A DNA stretch of 64,000 nucleotides from an uncultured Methanolobus sp. (GCA_963675495.1 OY776215.1:2496001-2560000), one strand, 5' to 3'; positions 51,082 through 62,242 are shown, counted from the first letter of the stretch. The notes: generated by a model not told the origin, from the sequence alone. Numbers and translations are program-made.

Positions 51082-52095
51082 ATGTTCGTTGGAATTGATC
51101 ACGGTACAACTGCAATGCGTTTTGCTGCATTTTTTCCAGAGTCTGGAAAAGTGCTGAAACTGGAGATTCCACGAACTAAAGCAGCGGATATGACTAAGTC
51201 CCAGCTGGTGTCATCAATTGAAGAAGCTTTCGGTATCAGTAGTGTTGATATCTCTCTTATGGCTGTGACATATTCCATGGGTGATGGTATTACAGATATT
51301 GAGGACATACGAAGTGTCAATAACAGGGGTGTCAAAAGTATCGAGGGAGCTGGAAAGAAAACAGGTGGTGGAAGTCGTGTTTTTGATTCAATTGCATCAT
51401 CTGGGATTCCAGCAGTTGTTATACCTGGCATCCATAATGGGAGTAATACGGATTCCCGGCTGAATATTTTCTCTCATTCCACCAGTCCGGAGAAAGTAGG
51501 GATTGCTTACCATGCATTTTCTCTTGGTTTTAATGATTTCGTTCTTTCTGATATAAGTTCTAATACTGTAACAGTAGGCGTTGCAGCTGGCAAACTTATT
51601 GGTGCTATAGATGCCTGTATATTTGCACCTGGGTTGCAGCATGGTCCTCTTGATGTGCAGGCACTGAGGGATGTGGATGCCGGTAAGATAAGTGCAAATG
51701 AAGCATTTGTGCATTCTGGTGTTCTCAAGAACACTCCTTTTTCAGACAGGCATGATCTTATTAAAGCAGCTGAAAACAAGGACTCAAAAGCAATTCATGC
51801 ACTTGATAGTATAGCTCTCTTTGCTGCCATGGAAATTACAGGTATGCAAATTCTGCTGAAGGATTACGATTCAGCAGGTGAGGTAATTATAGAGGGCTCA
51901 GTTGGTGAGATTCCCTATGTTGTAGAAAAGATCGAAAAACATCTTGATGTAAAGGCTCATGTACTTGATAGGTGGAGCGCTGCTGTTGGATGTGCTGAGA
52001 TTGCAAAGGCTATATATTCAGGTTCACGGGATATTCTTGGCTTGAATGTTAACTTCTCAAAGCAATTGTTTGACATTTCAAATTTGAAATTATAA
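51082..52095 (+). CDS. Methanogenesis marker protein 12 (ASKHA fold)
   Basis: MFVGIDHGTTAMRF, YSMGDG, GAGKKTGGG and SDISSNTV. Confidence 0.85.
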   Translation: MFVGIDHGTTAMRFAAFFPESGKVLKLEIPRTKAADMTKSQLVSSIEEAFGISSVDISLMAVTYSMGDGITDIEDIRSVNNRGVKSIEGAGKKTGGGSRVFDSIASSGIPAVVIPGIHNGSNTDSRLNIFSHSTSPEKVGIAYHAFSLGFNDFVLSDISSNTVTVGVAAGKLIGAIDACIFAPGLQHGPLDVQALRDVDAGKISANEAFVHSGVLKNTPFSDRHDLIKAAENKDSKAIHALDSIALFAAMEITGMQILLKDYDSAGEVIIEGSVGEIPYVVEKIEKHLDVKAHVLDRWSAAVGCAEIAKAIYSGSRDILGLNVNFSKQLFDISNLKL

Positions 52096-52151
52096 ATATA
52101 AAACGATAAATTTCAAACATCAAATTTATTGCAACACTATGCCCCGAAGGT

Positions 52152-53693
52152 TCAATACAGTGTGCATTTTCCTTCGATATATATCACAGAAACTCCTTTT
52201 ACCTCTAGTTTTTCCCGTATCATATCTTTAATTATGTTCTGGGTTTTGACCGAACCTTCTGAACTGATACTAGTATCAATATCCAAAATGATCGTATCCG
52301 GTACAAGAGCTTTTACAACATCATGCAGGCCAGGTGTGTCCTGCCCACCTGTCATTGCAGCGATCTCATTCTGGAGTATAATGACAAGAATGTCGAAATC
52401 ACCCGCCACTGCATTTATGAGTCCCACAATTCCTGAGTGTGCAAGTCCAAAATCTCCAATAACTGCTATTCCTTTTCCTGGAAAACCGCATGCTGTTGAA
52501 ATAGCACCTCCAAGTGCAAACCCTGTGTTAACTGCATTGAGTGGGTCAGGTGCTGTGCGTATGGAGCATCCCATATCTCCTGCGACCGGCTCTATATCGT
52601 GCAGTACGTTGTAAAGTGGTATGAAGGGACAATCGCTGCAGATAGGTCTTGACCCTCTGCTGGCAATGGTCTGGATATCTGTGTACCTTGTGACCTCATC
52701 CCTGTCGATATTCTCAAGGGCAAATTCCACATGTTCGTTTTGAATCATGCCTACAGGAAGATGTCCGCTCTTTTTTCCAAGAACATTGTTACAGGTGCTA
52801 ATATACGATTCTATGACAGCTTCGCTTTCTTCCACAACAAGTATGCGTTCGTGGTTGCTTATGAACTCCTTTACAATGTTTTTGGGAAATGGTGACATGA
52901 TGCCAAGTGCAAGGTGTGAATAATCAGAACATGCTATCTGGGTGGACAATATTTCATCCACTATTGCTGAAGGGTAACCTGAAGATATTATTCCTACCTT
53001 CTCTCCATTTAATGAAATGCGATTGAAGGATGAATTCTCAGCCTCATGGGTAAGAAGTGGTTCGGATTCTATGTGGAAACGCTGGTGTTTCCCGTGCATG
53101 GTGAGTTTCCAGATGTCTCCATCAAGTTTCTTTTCGGGCACGTTGGCTTCTCTATTGATTAATGTTCTGCTGAAATTATCCTCTCTCTTTTCCAGTCTGT
53201 CAGTAATCCTCATAATGACCGGAACCTTCGCTTCTTCTGAGAGTTCAAAAGCCCGTTGCAATGAGTCGTAAGCATCTTTCGGTGTTGCCGGGTCAAAAAC
53301 AGCGGTTTCTGACAGTGCTCCGTAGAATCTGGAATCCTGTTCATTCTGTGAAGCCTTTGCCCCGGGATCATCTCCCACAAGTATGACAAGTCCTGCACCT
53401 ATCGTATGCATCATCGCTGTCATAAGAGGGTCTGAAAGCAGGTTCATGCCCACATGCTTGACCAACACCATGGACCTTCGTCCGGTGACCGATGCTCCTA
53501 ATACGGCTTCCATGGCGGCTTTTTCGTTAGTGAACCAGTGGATATCGTAGTCGTTGGAATCTTTTTCCTTAAAAAAGTAGTCTGCAACTGCAGTCATGGG
53601 ATATCCGGCGACAGCAGTAATGAACCTTACATTGTTGTCAATAGCTGCAAGGTAGATAGCTTCAAGGCCGGTTATATCCTTATTATCTGTCAT
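52152..53693 (-). CDS. TPP-dependent enzyme, indolepyruvate:ferredoxin oxidoreductase alpha-like (no C-terminal ferredoxin domain)
   Basis: GYP, NEKAAME, KHVG.N, SQNEQDSR, GDMGC and the TPP motif GD...N..AMTGGQ; start set at ATG 53693. Confidence 0.85.
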   Translation of the reverse strand: MTDNKDITGLEAIYLAAIDNNVRFITAVAGYPMTAVADYFFKEKDSNDYDIHWFTNEKAAMEAVLGASVTGRRSMVLVKHVGMNLLSDPLMTAMMHTIGAGLVILVGDDPGAKASQNEQDSRFYGALSETAVFDPATPKDAYDSLQRAFELSEEAKVPVIMRITDRLEKREDNFSRTLINREANVPEKKLDGDIWKLTMHGKHQRFHIESEPLLTHEAENSSFNRISLNGEKVGIISSGYPSAIVDEILSTQIACSDYSHLALGIMSPFPKNIVKEFISNHERILVVEESEAVIESYISTCNNVLGKKSGHLPVGMIQNEHVEFALENIDRDEVTRYTDIQTIASRGSRPICSDCPFIPLYNVLHDIEPVAGDMGCSIRTAPDPLNAVNTGFALGGAISTACGFPGKGIAVIGDFGLAHSGIVGLINAVAGDFDILVIILQNEIAAMTGGQDTPGLHDVVKALVPDTIILDIDTSISSEGSVKTQNIIKDMIREKLEVKGVSVIYIEGKCTLY

Positions 53694-53700
53694 ATCTTTG

Positions 53701-54612
53701 TTATTCTGATTGTGCAGTCCGCTTAACAGAATCATCAGGTTGTGCGAACCATGCCAGTGCTGCAAGTGCTCCTATGACGCCGTTGCCGTCAAGCCATACA
53801 TCAACGCCGTTGTCCTTTGCATTTTGCATGGCGTACTCTTTCGTTAGCTCACCATTGCGGCATTCTTTACTGTACTTGTTCATCTTCTTAGCGTCAAAGT
53901 CTGAGAGGACGACCATTCCTGTCTCATCAGAGACGCTGTATTTCAGAAGCGCTGCTTTAATGCTTTCAAGAAGTTCCTGTTTAGCTTCTTCATTCACACA
54001 TCCGAACTCCAGTACAGTTGATACACAATTCTGTGTCCTTGCTGATACCGGGAAAAGCTGTACAAGTGAGTGGGAAAGGTAAACAGATTCACTGCAATCC
54101 AGTTCCTTAGCCATGTTATGGGTAAGTGTCCATGTGGCTCCTTCTTCCTTAGTATCGGTATCATCGATACCTATGAGCACTCTCTCTCTTTTAGGAACTA
54201 CGACAGTCCCCTTTGCAGCACGCCCGCCACCGGATACGGTATAGTTACAACACAACACACCTTCTGCAAATGCCCTGCACTTGGTGGCGCCTACTCCGCC
54301 CCCGCCAAGCCCTGCATATGTTATATGAACCTCATCTCTTTCCACAACAACCGATTCAATTCCTGCAGCAGCAGTGGATGGCTTAAGCTCAAGGGTGGAT
54401 GTGCCTGTTTTTACTGTGTACCTGATCATATTTCCAATAGAGCGCGTGTTCAGGATGAGCGGTGAATGTGAATAATGGAACTTTGACCATGCGGCACCGC
54501 CATAACAGTTCGTATGCTCGATGATATCTGCATATTCGTTGTTCCTGTCGCATATTGCATATATGCCCCTGTATGGAGTTGTGTAGGGGTCATTAAGTTC
54601 TATATCTTTCAT
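53701..54612 (-). CDS. Methanogenesis marker protein 11
   Basis: DPY..Y.GI, YAGLGGGGVGA, GIDDTD and VQLFP..TQNC. Confidence 0.85.
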   Translation of the reverse strand: MKDIELNDPYTTPYRGIYAICDRNNEYADIIEHTNCYGGAAWSKFHYSHSPLILNTRSIGNMIRYTVKTGTSTLELKPSTAAAGIESVVVERDEVHITYAGLGGGGVGATKCRAFAEGVLCCNYTVSGGGRAAKGTVVVPKRERVLIGIDDTDTKEEGATWTLTHNMAKELDCSESVYLSHSLVQLFPVSARTQNCVSTVLEFGCVNEEAKQELLESIKAALLKYSVSDETGMVVLSDFDAKKMNKYSKECRNGELTKEYAMQNAKDNGVDVWLDGNGVIGALAALAWFAQPDDSVKRTAQSE

Positions 54613-54684
54613 TTGTGTGCTAATTGCTGGTTAATCCCTTAAATGTTTTGTTTGTAATGGTGGGGACTGTTATAAAAAATGTAA

Positions 54685-54711
54685 TCAGGATATTGTCAGA
54701 GAATATCCTGA
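54685..54711 (-). terminator. Hairpin downstream of lemA
   Basis: Perfect 10-bp inverted repeat TCAGGATATT/AATATCCTGA, followed by a T tract on the minus strand. Confidence 0.5.
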
Positions 54712-54730
54712 GCAACAATTCATCAAGATA

Positions 54731-55285
54731 TTAAAAGTGAACCTTTGGAACTTCTCTTTCTCCGGGTGGTGTTTCAAACAATTCTTTTTTATCAAATCCT
54801 GTTATGCCTGCAACGATATTATTTGGAATTGTCTGAATACTGATATTGTATTTCATTGCAGTATCATTGTAGAACTGTCTTGTATAGGCAATTTTATCTT
54901 CCGTTTCTGCTAATTCCGCTTGCAGCTGAATGAAGTTCTCGTTTGCCTTAAGCTCGGGATAGTTCTCTACAACAGCAAAAAGTGATTTTAGTGTAGAGGA
55001 CAGCATATTGGAAGCCTCTGCGGTTTCATTCACACCTTTTGCAGTTGCCATTGAAGCCCTGGCTTTCGTTACATTTTCAAAGAGAGTTCTTTCATGTTGG
55101 GCATATCCTTTAATCGTTTCCACAAGGTTTGGAATCAGATCATTACGTCTTTTTAGCTGGACCTCTATCTGGGCCCATGCATTTTCTACACGGTTACGTT
55201 GTTTTATTAGATTGTTGTATATAACTACAATAACCAACCCCAAAATAACCAGCAATGCGAATAAGATTATCATTTCTACTATCAT
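54731..55285 (-). CDS. lemA: LemA family protein
   Basis: N-terminal TM helix, [19 protein letters not shown] and [11 protein letters not shown]. Confidence 0.95.
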   Translation of the reverse strand: MIVEMIILFALLVILGLVIVVIYNNLIKQRNRVENAWAQIEVQLKRRNDLIPNLVETIKGYAQHERTLFENVTKARASMATAKGVNETAEASNMLSSTLKSLFAVVENYPELKANENFIQLQAELAETEDKIAYTRQFYNDTAMKYNISIQTIPNNIVAGITGFDKKELFETPPGEREVPKVHF

Positions 55286-55312
55286 TTAATCATCTCTTGT
55301 AAATGTATGTCT

Positions 55313-57127
55313 TCATCTGGCACCACCCCCACCGCCGCCAAAGCCGCCACCGGCACCTCTTACTCCGCTACTACTGCCGGATGACTTATGATCTGGAGTT
55401 GAAGCACTGACGGCACTCTTGAAACCTTGATCGATCATGTGTTTATTATGGTGCATTGTATAGAACCTGCTTCTCCTGAATTGCTCGGTTGGGACTATGA
55501 GGGACATATTCTCGATAACTTTCTCCGCAACACCCAGAGTTACTGCATAAACCATGTAGAAGTCCCATATCTTTACAGATTCAGGAGGATGTTCTTTCAG
55601 TGCTGAAAAATCGGTCAGGTATTTCCTGAAATTATCCCAGCGTTTCTGGAATAGCCTACCTTCGACCGTCCATTTTCCGAAACTTCTTTGCTTGGTGATT
55701 GCAAAAATAAATAGTGCAATTACGAAAGCTGCAGTAACCATGAATAGAATTCTAATATTTGCCACAACCGGAAATAGTTTGACTGAAAATACACTAAATA
55801 GTATATTATAAGCACCAAATCCTAAAATCACACTTAATATGCAAAAAATGTAAATGTAGGTATTACCTTTTGAAATGAACAGTTTGTTCATTTTTACATG
55901 TCTTGCAACTTTCAGATACCAACTGTTCATAAAATTATAGAATTCAGTCCCCTTGCTAAGTTCTGTAGTTAGCTGGCTCCAGGATACAGTGCCAGATGGG
56001 GCATGCTTTTTTAACAAATTATAAGCATCAAGTTCGAAGTCCAGGAGTTCATCTACATTTCCTTCTTCAGTGATTTCAATTAGAACATCTTCCTTTTCAC
56101 TTTTGAACAAAACCGTGTCTTTATTTTCAGACACCGTATCACGAAGGTTGATGTAATTTCTGTTTACCAGGTCCATTATAGTTCCGGTAAATCCATCCAT
56201 GTCAGGAACACCTATTGCACCTCTCAGTAAAGCATTGACTATTGCGGGCTTTGAATCTGTAGGTGGGTCTCTTTCATATATTGCGTCGTAATCGATTTTT
56301 GATTCTCTGCCATATATGAAATAGATAAGAATGGGAAATATAATTACTAAGCATACCAGCAGAATGGTAATTTTAAAAAGCAGATGAGCTATTTTTTGTT
56401 TAGCAATATATTCTTCTTCAATGTCTAGTATTTTATCCAGAGCATCCTCTTTTTCTATTGAAACATAATTCGGGTCAGGAGATTCAATTCTTGGAAAGAC
56501 AGCCCTAATTTCATACCAACTCTCAGCTGGAATGTTCTCTGCTTCTAAGTAAATGATGTTACTCTCCATATATGATGTCTGGGTATGATCATCCGGATGT
56601 ATCCAGTAATATACTTCGTCTCCCGTATCAGTTGGGAGCGTTATAGTTGCAGTGAATCCATTGAGTGTTTTTTCCCACTCATCGCCCCATAATTTGAAAT
56701 GGAGTTCTGATAGATCATTGTAAACCTTTGTTCCCCCATAATAATCGTAAGAAACAACAAAGTTTACTTTTTCAGGTGTCGACTGAGGGAGCTTGCCAAT
56801 CAATTCATAGCCACCTGTAATGGTTTTCACATGGAAAGTACATGCACCATTGTCACAATATCCTTGAATATTTTCAATGGATCCTCCTTCGGGTGGATAG
56901 ACTCTGCGGTAGATTTCTGAGTATGTTCCTTCAAAGGAGTAAGATATTGATTCTTCGACATGCACTATGCCTTCTGGACTGACTGTGACATGTGCTGTGG
57001 CGCTATCAAGAGAATAATCGCGTGCACTGGCACAGGATGTAAGTAATAAGAGCAATGCCAATAAGACTATAGATGTTTTAACAAATGAACTAAGTACATG
57101 TTTCTTCTTACTGAAAAATGATAACAT
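55313..57127 (-). CDS. DUF2207-family membrane protein
   Basis: Signal peptide, extracellular domain, TM helices, W..F..YL.DFS, W..Y.VYA..LG and a Gly-rich GGGGGGAR end; adjacent to lemA. Confidence 0.85.
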   Translation of the reverse strand: MLSFFSKKKHVLSSFVKTSIVLLALLLLLTSCASARDYSLDSATAHVTVSPEGIVHVEESISYSFEGTYSEIYRRVYPPEGGSIENIQGYCDNGACTFHVKTITGGYELIGKLPQSTPEKVNFVVSYDYYGGTKVYNDLSELHFKLWGDEWEKTLNGFTATITLPTDTGDEVYYWIHPDDHTQTSYMESNIIYLEAENIPAESWYEIRAVFPRIESPDPNYVSIEKEDALDKILDIEEEYIAKQKIAHLLFKITILLVCLVIIFPILIYFIYGRESKIDYDAIYERDPPTDSKPAIVNALLRGAIGVPDMDGFTGTIMDLVNRNYINLRDTVSENKDTVLFKSEKEDVLIEITEEGNVDELLDFELDAYNLLKKHAPSGTVSWSQLTTELSKGTEFYNFMNSWYLKVARHVKMNKLFISKGNTYIYIFCILSVILGFGAYNILFSVFSVKLFPVVANIRILFMVTAAFVIALFIFAITKQRSFGKWTVEGRLFQKRWDNFRKYLTDFSALKEHPPESVKIWDFYMVYAVTLGVAEKVIENMSLIVPTEQFRRSRFYTMHHNKHMIDQGFKSAVSASTPDHKSSGSSSGVRGAGGGFGGGGGGAR

Positions 57128-57280
57128 ACAGTAACAACCCCCTCAATTTATATGTTGTGTCCTTAAATATTTAAAGTTTAGTATGCTCAATTTCTGACAT
57201 GATGTGGAGTTTTATGAAATGAATCTATGTACAGTGTAAAATGAGGCTTATGTTCTTTAAAAGTACAATTAATGTGGATG

Positions 57281-57970
57281 CTATTTAACAAACCCCTCAT
57301 CCTTCAGGCTAACATATCTTCCATCTCCAATTACAACATGGTCCAGCACGTCTATACCCAATAGCTTACCACCATCTACAAGTTTCTCGGTAACTGCTAT
57401 GTCCTCTCTGCTTGGTGTGGGGTCGCCGGACGGGTGATTGTGTGAGAGTATGACTGAGGCACAGGACTCCATGAGTGCTGCTTTGAATACTTCTCGTGGG
57501 TGGACTATGTTCGCGTTCAGGCTGCCGATAGAAACAACTTCTTCGCGTATCACATGGTTTTTAGTATCAAGAAGCAGTGCCACAAGTCTTTCACGTTTGT
57601 GTTCACGCATACGGGGGTAGAGCAATGAATAGACATCTGCAGGTGATTTTATCTTCCTTTTAGGGTCATCGGTGAATCCTTCAAGCTTGCGGGCAAGTTC
57701 AAATACAGCAGCTATTTGTGCTGCTTTTGCATTCCCGATGCCGTGGATCTGTGTGAGCCGGGAAATATTTGCGTGGCTCAGTTGTTTGATGTTGTACTCT
57801 GAGAAAATACGACTGCAAAGGTTGATGATATTCTCCTTCTGCGTTCCTGTTCTGAGTATGATGGCAAGAAGTTCCGCATTGGAAAGTGCGTCAGGGCCGT
57901 ATTTAAGCAACCTTTCACGTGGTCTTTCCTCTTCCGGCATATCGTGGATACTTATCTTGTAATCACTCAT
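57281..57970 (-). CDS. radC: RadC/JAB-domain protein (UPF0758)
   Basis: ERPRERL..G..ALS.AELLAIILRTG, HhH, VHPREVF, HNHPSGDP.PS.ED and LDH. Confidence 0.95.
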   Translation of the reverse strand: MSDYKISIHDMPEEERPRERLLKYGPDALSNAELLAIILRTGTQKENIINLCSRIFSEYNIKQLSHANISRLTQIHGIGNAKAAQIAAVFELARKLEGFTDDPKRKIKSPADVYSLLYPRMREHKRERLVALLLDTKNHVIREEVVSIGSLNANIVHPREVFKAALMESCASVILSHNHPSGDPTPSREDIAVTEKLVDGGKLLGIDVLDHVVIGDGRYVSLKDEGFVK

Positions 57971-58116
57971 TGCAATTGGTACAAATCAGCAGGATATAAA
58001 TTATTCGTAATTATTCTATTATAAATTTCATTGAATCTAAAAAATGATTTCTATGATTCGTACTGCTTTCTATTCGCGTTGTGTACTTATATGATGACTC
58101 CTCATAAGCTCATTTC

Positions 58117-58947
58117 ATGAAAGTCATTTGTGTTGCAGGCTACAAGAATTCCGGCAAAACCACATTGGTAATGCGTCTTGTTGAAGCACTTTCCAAAAAA
58201 GGGTCAGTCGGGACTGTGAAACAGATGCTGCATCATCGTTTCAATCCTGAGAATACTGATACTGGCAAACACTTCGATGCAGGTGCTGATCTGGTTGCAG
58301 CCATAACAGATACTGAACTTGTAACCATTAAACGAAATCCAACACTGGAAGATGCGCTGGACGCACTTGCTGATAACGGTGCCGACTTCGCCATTGTTGA
58401 AGGTGCAAAGAGCAGTGAGCTTCCCAAAATATTCCTTGGTGATGTCGAAGATTCTGATGACGTAGTCAATATTCTTGTTCAGTTACCTGAAAGGTCGGAT
58501 TGGGATATAGATGCGCTTGTGAAGGTCATTCTTGACCAGGCAGAATGGTTAACACTTGATTCTCTTATCAATAAGGTCCGGTCAAATCCTGATATCTGTT
58601 TATCCGGTGGAATCGCAACATTTACAGGAATTGTAAGGCGTGTGAATGATGATTTGGAAACAACTGCCATTGACTTTGAAAAGTACGAAGGTGTTGCTGA
58701 CAGAGCTATAGAAAAGATCTGCTATGATCTGAAGGAAAAGGACGACATCATAGATGTGCTCATCCATCACAAGACTGGTCTTATCAGATCAGGTGAGGAT
58801 ATAGTCTACATTGTTGTTGCTGCTGCCCACAGAAAAGAATTGTTTGAAACACTTGTGGAAGCGCTTGAACGCATTAAGGAAGATGTGCCAATATGGAAAA
58901 AGGAATTCACTATTGAAGGTGATTTCTGGGTTCACGACAAGATCTAA
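58117..58947 (+). CDS. MobB-MoaE fusion (molybdopterin synthase catalytic subunit)
   Basis: N-terminal GYKNSGKTT P-loop with TVK and VEG; C-terminal F.G.VR, HR and K..VPIWKKE. Confidence 0.88.
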   Translation: MKVICVAGYKNSGKTTLVMRLVEALSKKGSVGTVKQMLHHRFNPENTDTGKHFDAGADLVAAITDTELVTIKRNPTLEDALDALADNGADFAIVEGAKSSELPKIFLGDVEDSDDVVNILVQLPERSDWDIDALVKVILDQAEWLTLDSLINKVRSNPDICLSGGIATFTGIVRRVNDDLETTAIDFEKYEGVADRAIEKICYDLKEKDDIIDVLIHHKTGLIRSGEDIVYIVVAAAHRKELFETLVEALERIKEDVPIWKKEFTIEGDFWVHDKI

Positions 58948-58977
58948 TAGTAAAGTAATTGTTTATTGTGGGAGGCT

Positions 58978-59388
58978 TTACCTGTTGCGAAGTCCCATTT
59001 GCTCATCGATCTCTTCTGCCATCTCTTCCAGTTCCTGGAACATGCGCTCTGAGTCTTTTCTCATTTCCTGGACGGCAGCTTTAAGGCTTCCTCCTCGAAG
59101 ATAAAGTGCTCTTTTTTGTCTGTAGACCAGACCTGCATTGATAAGGTTTCTTATATGGTGGTTAACCCTTGAAATATTCACATCCAGATTATCTGCGATG
59201 GCATCTGATGATATCCTGTCTTCTCTCTTGGAAATCTGCTGCAGCAGGTCATGAATGATCTGTGTTGCAATATTCTCAGTATCTCTTCCGGAAGATAGTC
59301 CGAAACTGTTGCAGAACCAATGTATGTCTTCTTCAAGTTTTTTCTCTCTGGGCTTTTCCAGATTTATCAGTATTATTTGCTGTGGCAT
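58978..59388 (-). CDS. Winged helix-turn-helix transcription regulator (ArsR-like)
   Basis: SSDAIADNLDVNISRVNHHIRNLINAGLV HTH, then a C-terminal coiled coil; divergent from clpB. Confidence 0.8.
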   Translation of the reverse strand: MPQQIILINLEKPREKKLEEDIHWFCNSFGLSSGRDTENIATQIIHDLLQQISKREDRISSDAIADNLDVNISRVNHHIRNLINAGLVYRQKRALYLRGGSLKAAVQEMRKDSERMFQELEEMAEEIDEQMGLRNR

Positions 59389-59484
59389 AAGATTTATTTA
59401 TTGTACTGGGTGTATATAATATTTCCTGCATAATGTAGATATCATTTCGATAAAAATGATAAAAAAGCTATAAAAGTGAAAACA

Positions 59485-59539
59485 TTTATATATAAGTTTT
59501 GCACTATTATTATTAAGTTAACTGGAACTATTCCGGTTA
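59485..59539 (+). promoter_or_regulatory. clpB promoter TATA box plus inverted-repeat operator candidate
   Basis: TTTATATA at 59485-59492; TAACTGGAA-CTA-TTCCGGTTA at 59519-59539 (8 of 9 positions symmetric). Confidence 0.5.
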
Positions 59540-59626
59540 TTTGCAACGTATCAAAAGTAATTTAAACAAACATCCTAAATTAAAATGACGGGATAATGGG
59601 GATATTGATCCCGGGGAGTCTATAAT

Positions 59627-62242
59627 ATGGATCTTAACAGTTTTACACAGAAAGCTCAGGAAGCCGTTCAGGGCTCAAGTACAATTGCTGCAAGGTATAG
59701 GAATCAGCAGATTGATTGTGAACACATGTTCCTTGCATTGCTTGAACAGAGTGGTGGGCTTGTAACTACATTACTGCACAATATGGATGTTCCGGTGGAT
59801 CGGCTGATGCAGAAGGTTGAAGCCCAGCTTAAAACCCTTCCACAGGTTTCAGGCCCGGGTGGCGAACAGGTCTACATGACACAGACAATGAGGCGCATTC
59901 TGGATTCTGCCGTGCAGGAAGCCGGAAAGATGAAAGATGAGTATGTGAGCGTTGAGCACCTCCTGCTTGCAATGGTCGGGGAAAAGGACAGCCAATGTGG
60001 CAAGATCCTTGCAAGCGAAGGTGTTACACGTGATAGAATTCTTGATGGCATCAAACAGATAAGGGGGGATAGAAAAATTACTTCAGAGAATCCGGAAGAT
60101 ACAATGGAGCCACTTAAGAAGTACGGGATCGATTTCACAGAGCTTGCTGCTCAGGGTAAACTGGATCCTGTTATTGGCAGAGATCAGGAAATAAGGCATT
60201 CCATAGAGATCCTTTCCAGACGCAGAAAGAACAACCCTGTACTTATTGGTGAGGCTGGTGTCGGTAAGACTGCAATAGTCGAGGGACTTGCTCAGCGTAT
60301 TGCCAAAAGGGATGTACCCGATGCAATGAAGGACAAGCGTATCATTGCTCTTGATATGGGCTCTCTTATTGCCGGTGCGAAGTTTCGTGGTGAATTTGAG
60401 GAAAGGCTAAAGGCAGTTCTCAAGGAAGTCGCTGATTCGGAAGGTCAGATAATTCTCTTCATAGATGAGATCCACACCATTGTGGGTGCCGGTGCTACAG
60501 AAGGTGCCATGGATGCAGGAAATCTCTTAAAGCCCATGCTTGCGCGTGGTGAATTGCACTGTATCGGTGCAACAACTATCGATGAGTACCGCAAGTACAT
60601 CGAAAAGGATGCAGCACTTGAGCGCAGATTCCTCCCGGTGTTTGTAGAAGAACCGACTGTAGAAGATACCATTTCTATACTACGTGGTCTGAAGGAGAAG
60701 TATGAGGTCCATCATGGTGTTCGTCTGAAGGACTCGGCACTCGTTGCTGCTGCTGTGATGAGCAGTCGTTACATTGCAGACAGGTTCCTTCCGGACAAGG
60801 CCATTGATCTTGTGGATGAGGCTGCTGCAAAGAAGAGAACTGCCATTGACAGCAAGCCCGCAGAACTTGATGAGGCTGACCGCAAGATAATGCAGCTTGA
60901 AATTGAGCGTGAGGCACTTAGAAAAGAGAAGGATGCAGCTTCAAAGGACCGTCTGGGCGCCCTTGATAAGGAACTTGCCGACATCAGGGCAGAATCCGAT
61001 GCCATGAGGGCCAGATGGAATCGTGAGAAGGAAGCTATCTCAAAGCTCGGTGCCCTGAAACAACAGATAGAAGAAACCAAGGTCCAGTATGAACTTGCTG
61101 AAAATGAGAATAACCTTGAACTTGCATCCCGATTGAAGTACGGAACGCTTGCTCCTTTGGAAAATGAATATAGAGAAGAAGAAAAGCAACTCCAGGAGAT
61201 GCAAGGTGAGATGCTTCTGAATGAGGAGGTCGGTGAAGAGGATATCGCTGAAGTTGTCAGTCAGTGGACCCACATACCTGTAACAAGGCTCATGGAGGGT
61301 CAGCGTGAAAAGCTTGTTCATTTTGAAGATAATCTCCACAATCGTATCATCGGTCAGAGTGAAGCTGTAAAGGCAGTGGCTGATGCTGTCATACGCAACT
61401 ATGCAGGCATCAAGGACCCGGGACGTCCAATTGGAAGTTTCATATTCCTTGGTCCCACAGGCGTTGGTAAGACCGAGCTTGTAAAAGCACTTGCAGTTGA
61501 GTTGTTCGATAATGAGAACAACATGGTTCGTATTGACATGTCCGAATATATGGAAAAGCACACAGTTGCAAGGATGATAGGCGCACCACCTGGTTATATT
61601 GGTCATGACGAGGGCGGTCAGCTCACAGAAGCAGTACGAAGGAGGCCCTACTCAGTTGTGCTTTTCGATGAAATAGAAAAGGCACATCCGGATGTGTTCA
61701 ATGTCATGCTTCAGATACTTGATGATGGCAGACTTACTGATTCAAAGGGAAGGACTGTGAACTTCAAGAACACCCTGATAATCATGACCTCTAACATCTT
61801 TGCAGGTGATCTCACTGAAGTGCTAAAGACCAGTGAAGATGAGAAGGACGTGGATTATGCAACGCTTCAGATGCGCGCAATGACCGAGCTAGGTAAGTAT
61901 TTCAGACCGGAGTTCCTTAATCGTGTTGATGAAATAGCTCTCTTCCACGCATTGAAACCGGAAGAGTTGGTGAAGATCGTTGATATCAAGGTTGCAGACC
62001 TTGTTGGGAGACTCAGGGAAAAGCGTATCGGTCTTGATCTTACTGATGCTGCAAAGGCATATCTTTCAAAGGCAGGATATAGTGAAACTTTCGGTGCAAG
62101 GCCTCTTAAAAGGGTCATTCAAAATGAAGTTGAGACAAGGATCGCCAAGCTAATCGTCGCAGGTGAAGTGCCTGAAGGTTCCACTGTGCGTGTGGACAGC
62201 AATGGCGCAGAACTGCTTGTCAATGTCAGTTCAGCAGAATAA
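59627..62242 (+). CDS. clpB: ATP-dependent disaggregase ClpB
   Basis: Clp N-domain, LDPVIGR, two Walker A motifs ([16 protein letters not shown]), long coiled-coil M-domain, GAPPGYIG and GARPLKR. Confidence 0.96.
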   Translation: MDLNSFTQKAQEAVQGSSTIAARYRNQQIDCEHMFLALLEQSGGLVTTLLHNMDVPVDRLMQKVEAQLKTLPQVSGPGGEQVYMTQTMRRILDSAVQEAGKMKDEYVSVEHLLLAMVGEKDSQCGKILASEGVTRDRILDGIKQIRGDRKITSENPEDTMEPLKKYGIDFTELAAQGKLDPVIGRDQEIRHSIEILSRRRKNNPVLIGEAGVGKTAIVEGLAQRIAKRDVPDAMKDKRIIALDMGSLIAGAKFRGEFEERLKAVLKEVADSEGQIILFIDEIHTIVGAGATEGAMDAGNLLKPMLARGELHCIGATTIDEYRKYIEKDAALERRFLPVFVEEPTVEDTISILRGLKEKYEVHHGVRLKDSALVAAAVMSSRYIADRFLPDKAIDLVDEAAAKKRTAIDSKPAELDEADRKIMQLEIEREALRKEKDAASKDRLGALDKELADIRAESDAMRARWNREKEAISKLGALKQQIEETKVQYELAENENNLELASRLKYGTLAPLENEYREEEKQLQEMQGEMLLNEEVGEEDIAEVVSQWTHIPVTRLMEGQREKLVHFEDNLHNRIIGQSEAVKAVADAVIRNYAGIKDPGRPIGSFIFLGPTGVGKTELVKALAVELFDNENNMVRIDMSEYMEKHTVARMIGAPPGYIGHDEGGQLTEAVRRRPYSVVLFDEIEKAHPDVFNVMLQILDDGRLTDSKGRTVNFKNTLIIMTSNIFAGDLTEVLKTSEDEKDVDYATLQMRAMTELGKYFRPEFLNRVDEIALFHALKPEELVKIVDIKVADLVGRLREKRIGLDLTDAAKAYLSKAGYSETFGARPLKRVIQNEVETRIAKLIVAGEVPEGSTVRVDSNGAELLVNVSSAE

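Noticed and set aside
53694-53765. N-terminal extension of the IorA-like ORF overlapping marker 11
   Set aside because: ATG 53693, just after the marker 11 stop, is the simpler start.
57281-57970. radC as a marker of a mobile element
   Set aside because: It is the full-length chromosomal form with N-terminal and HhH regions, flanked by non-mobile genes.
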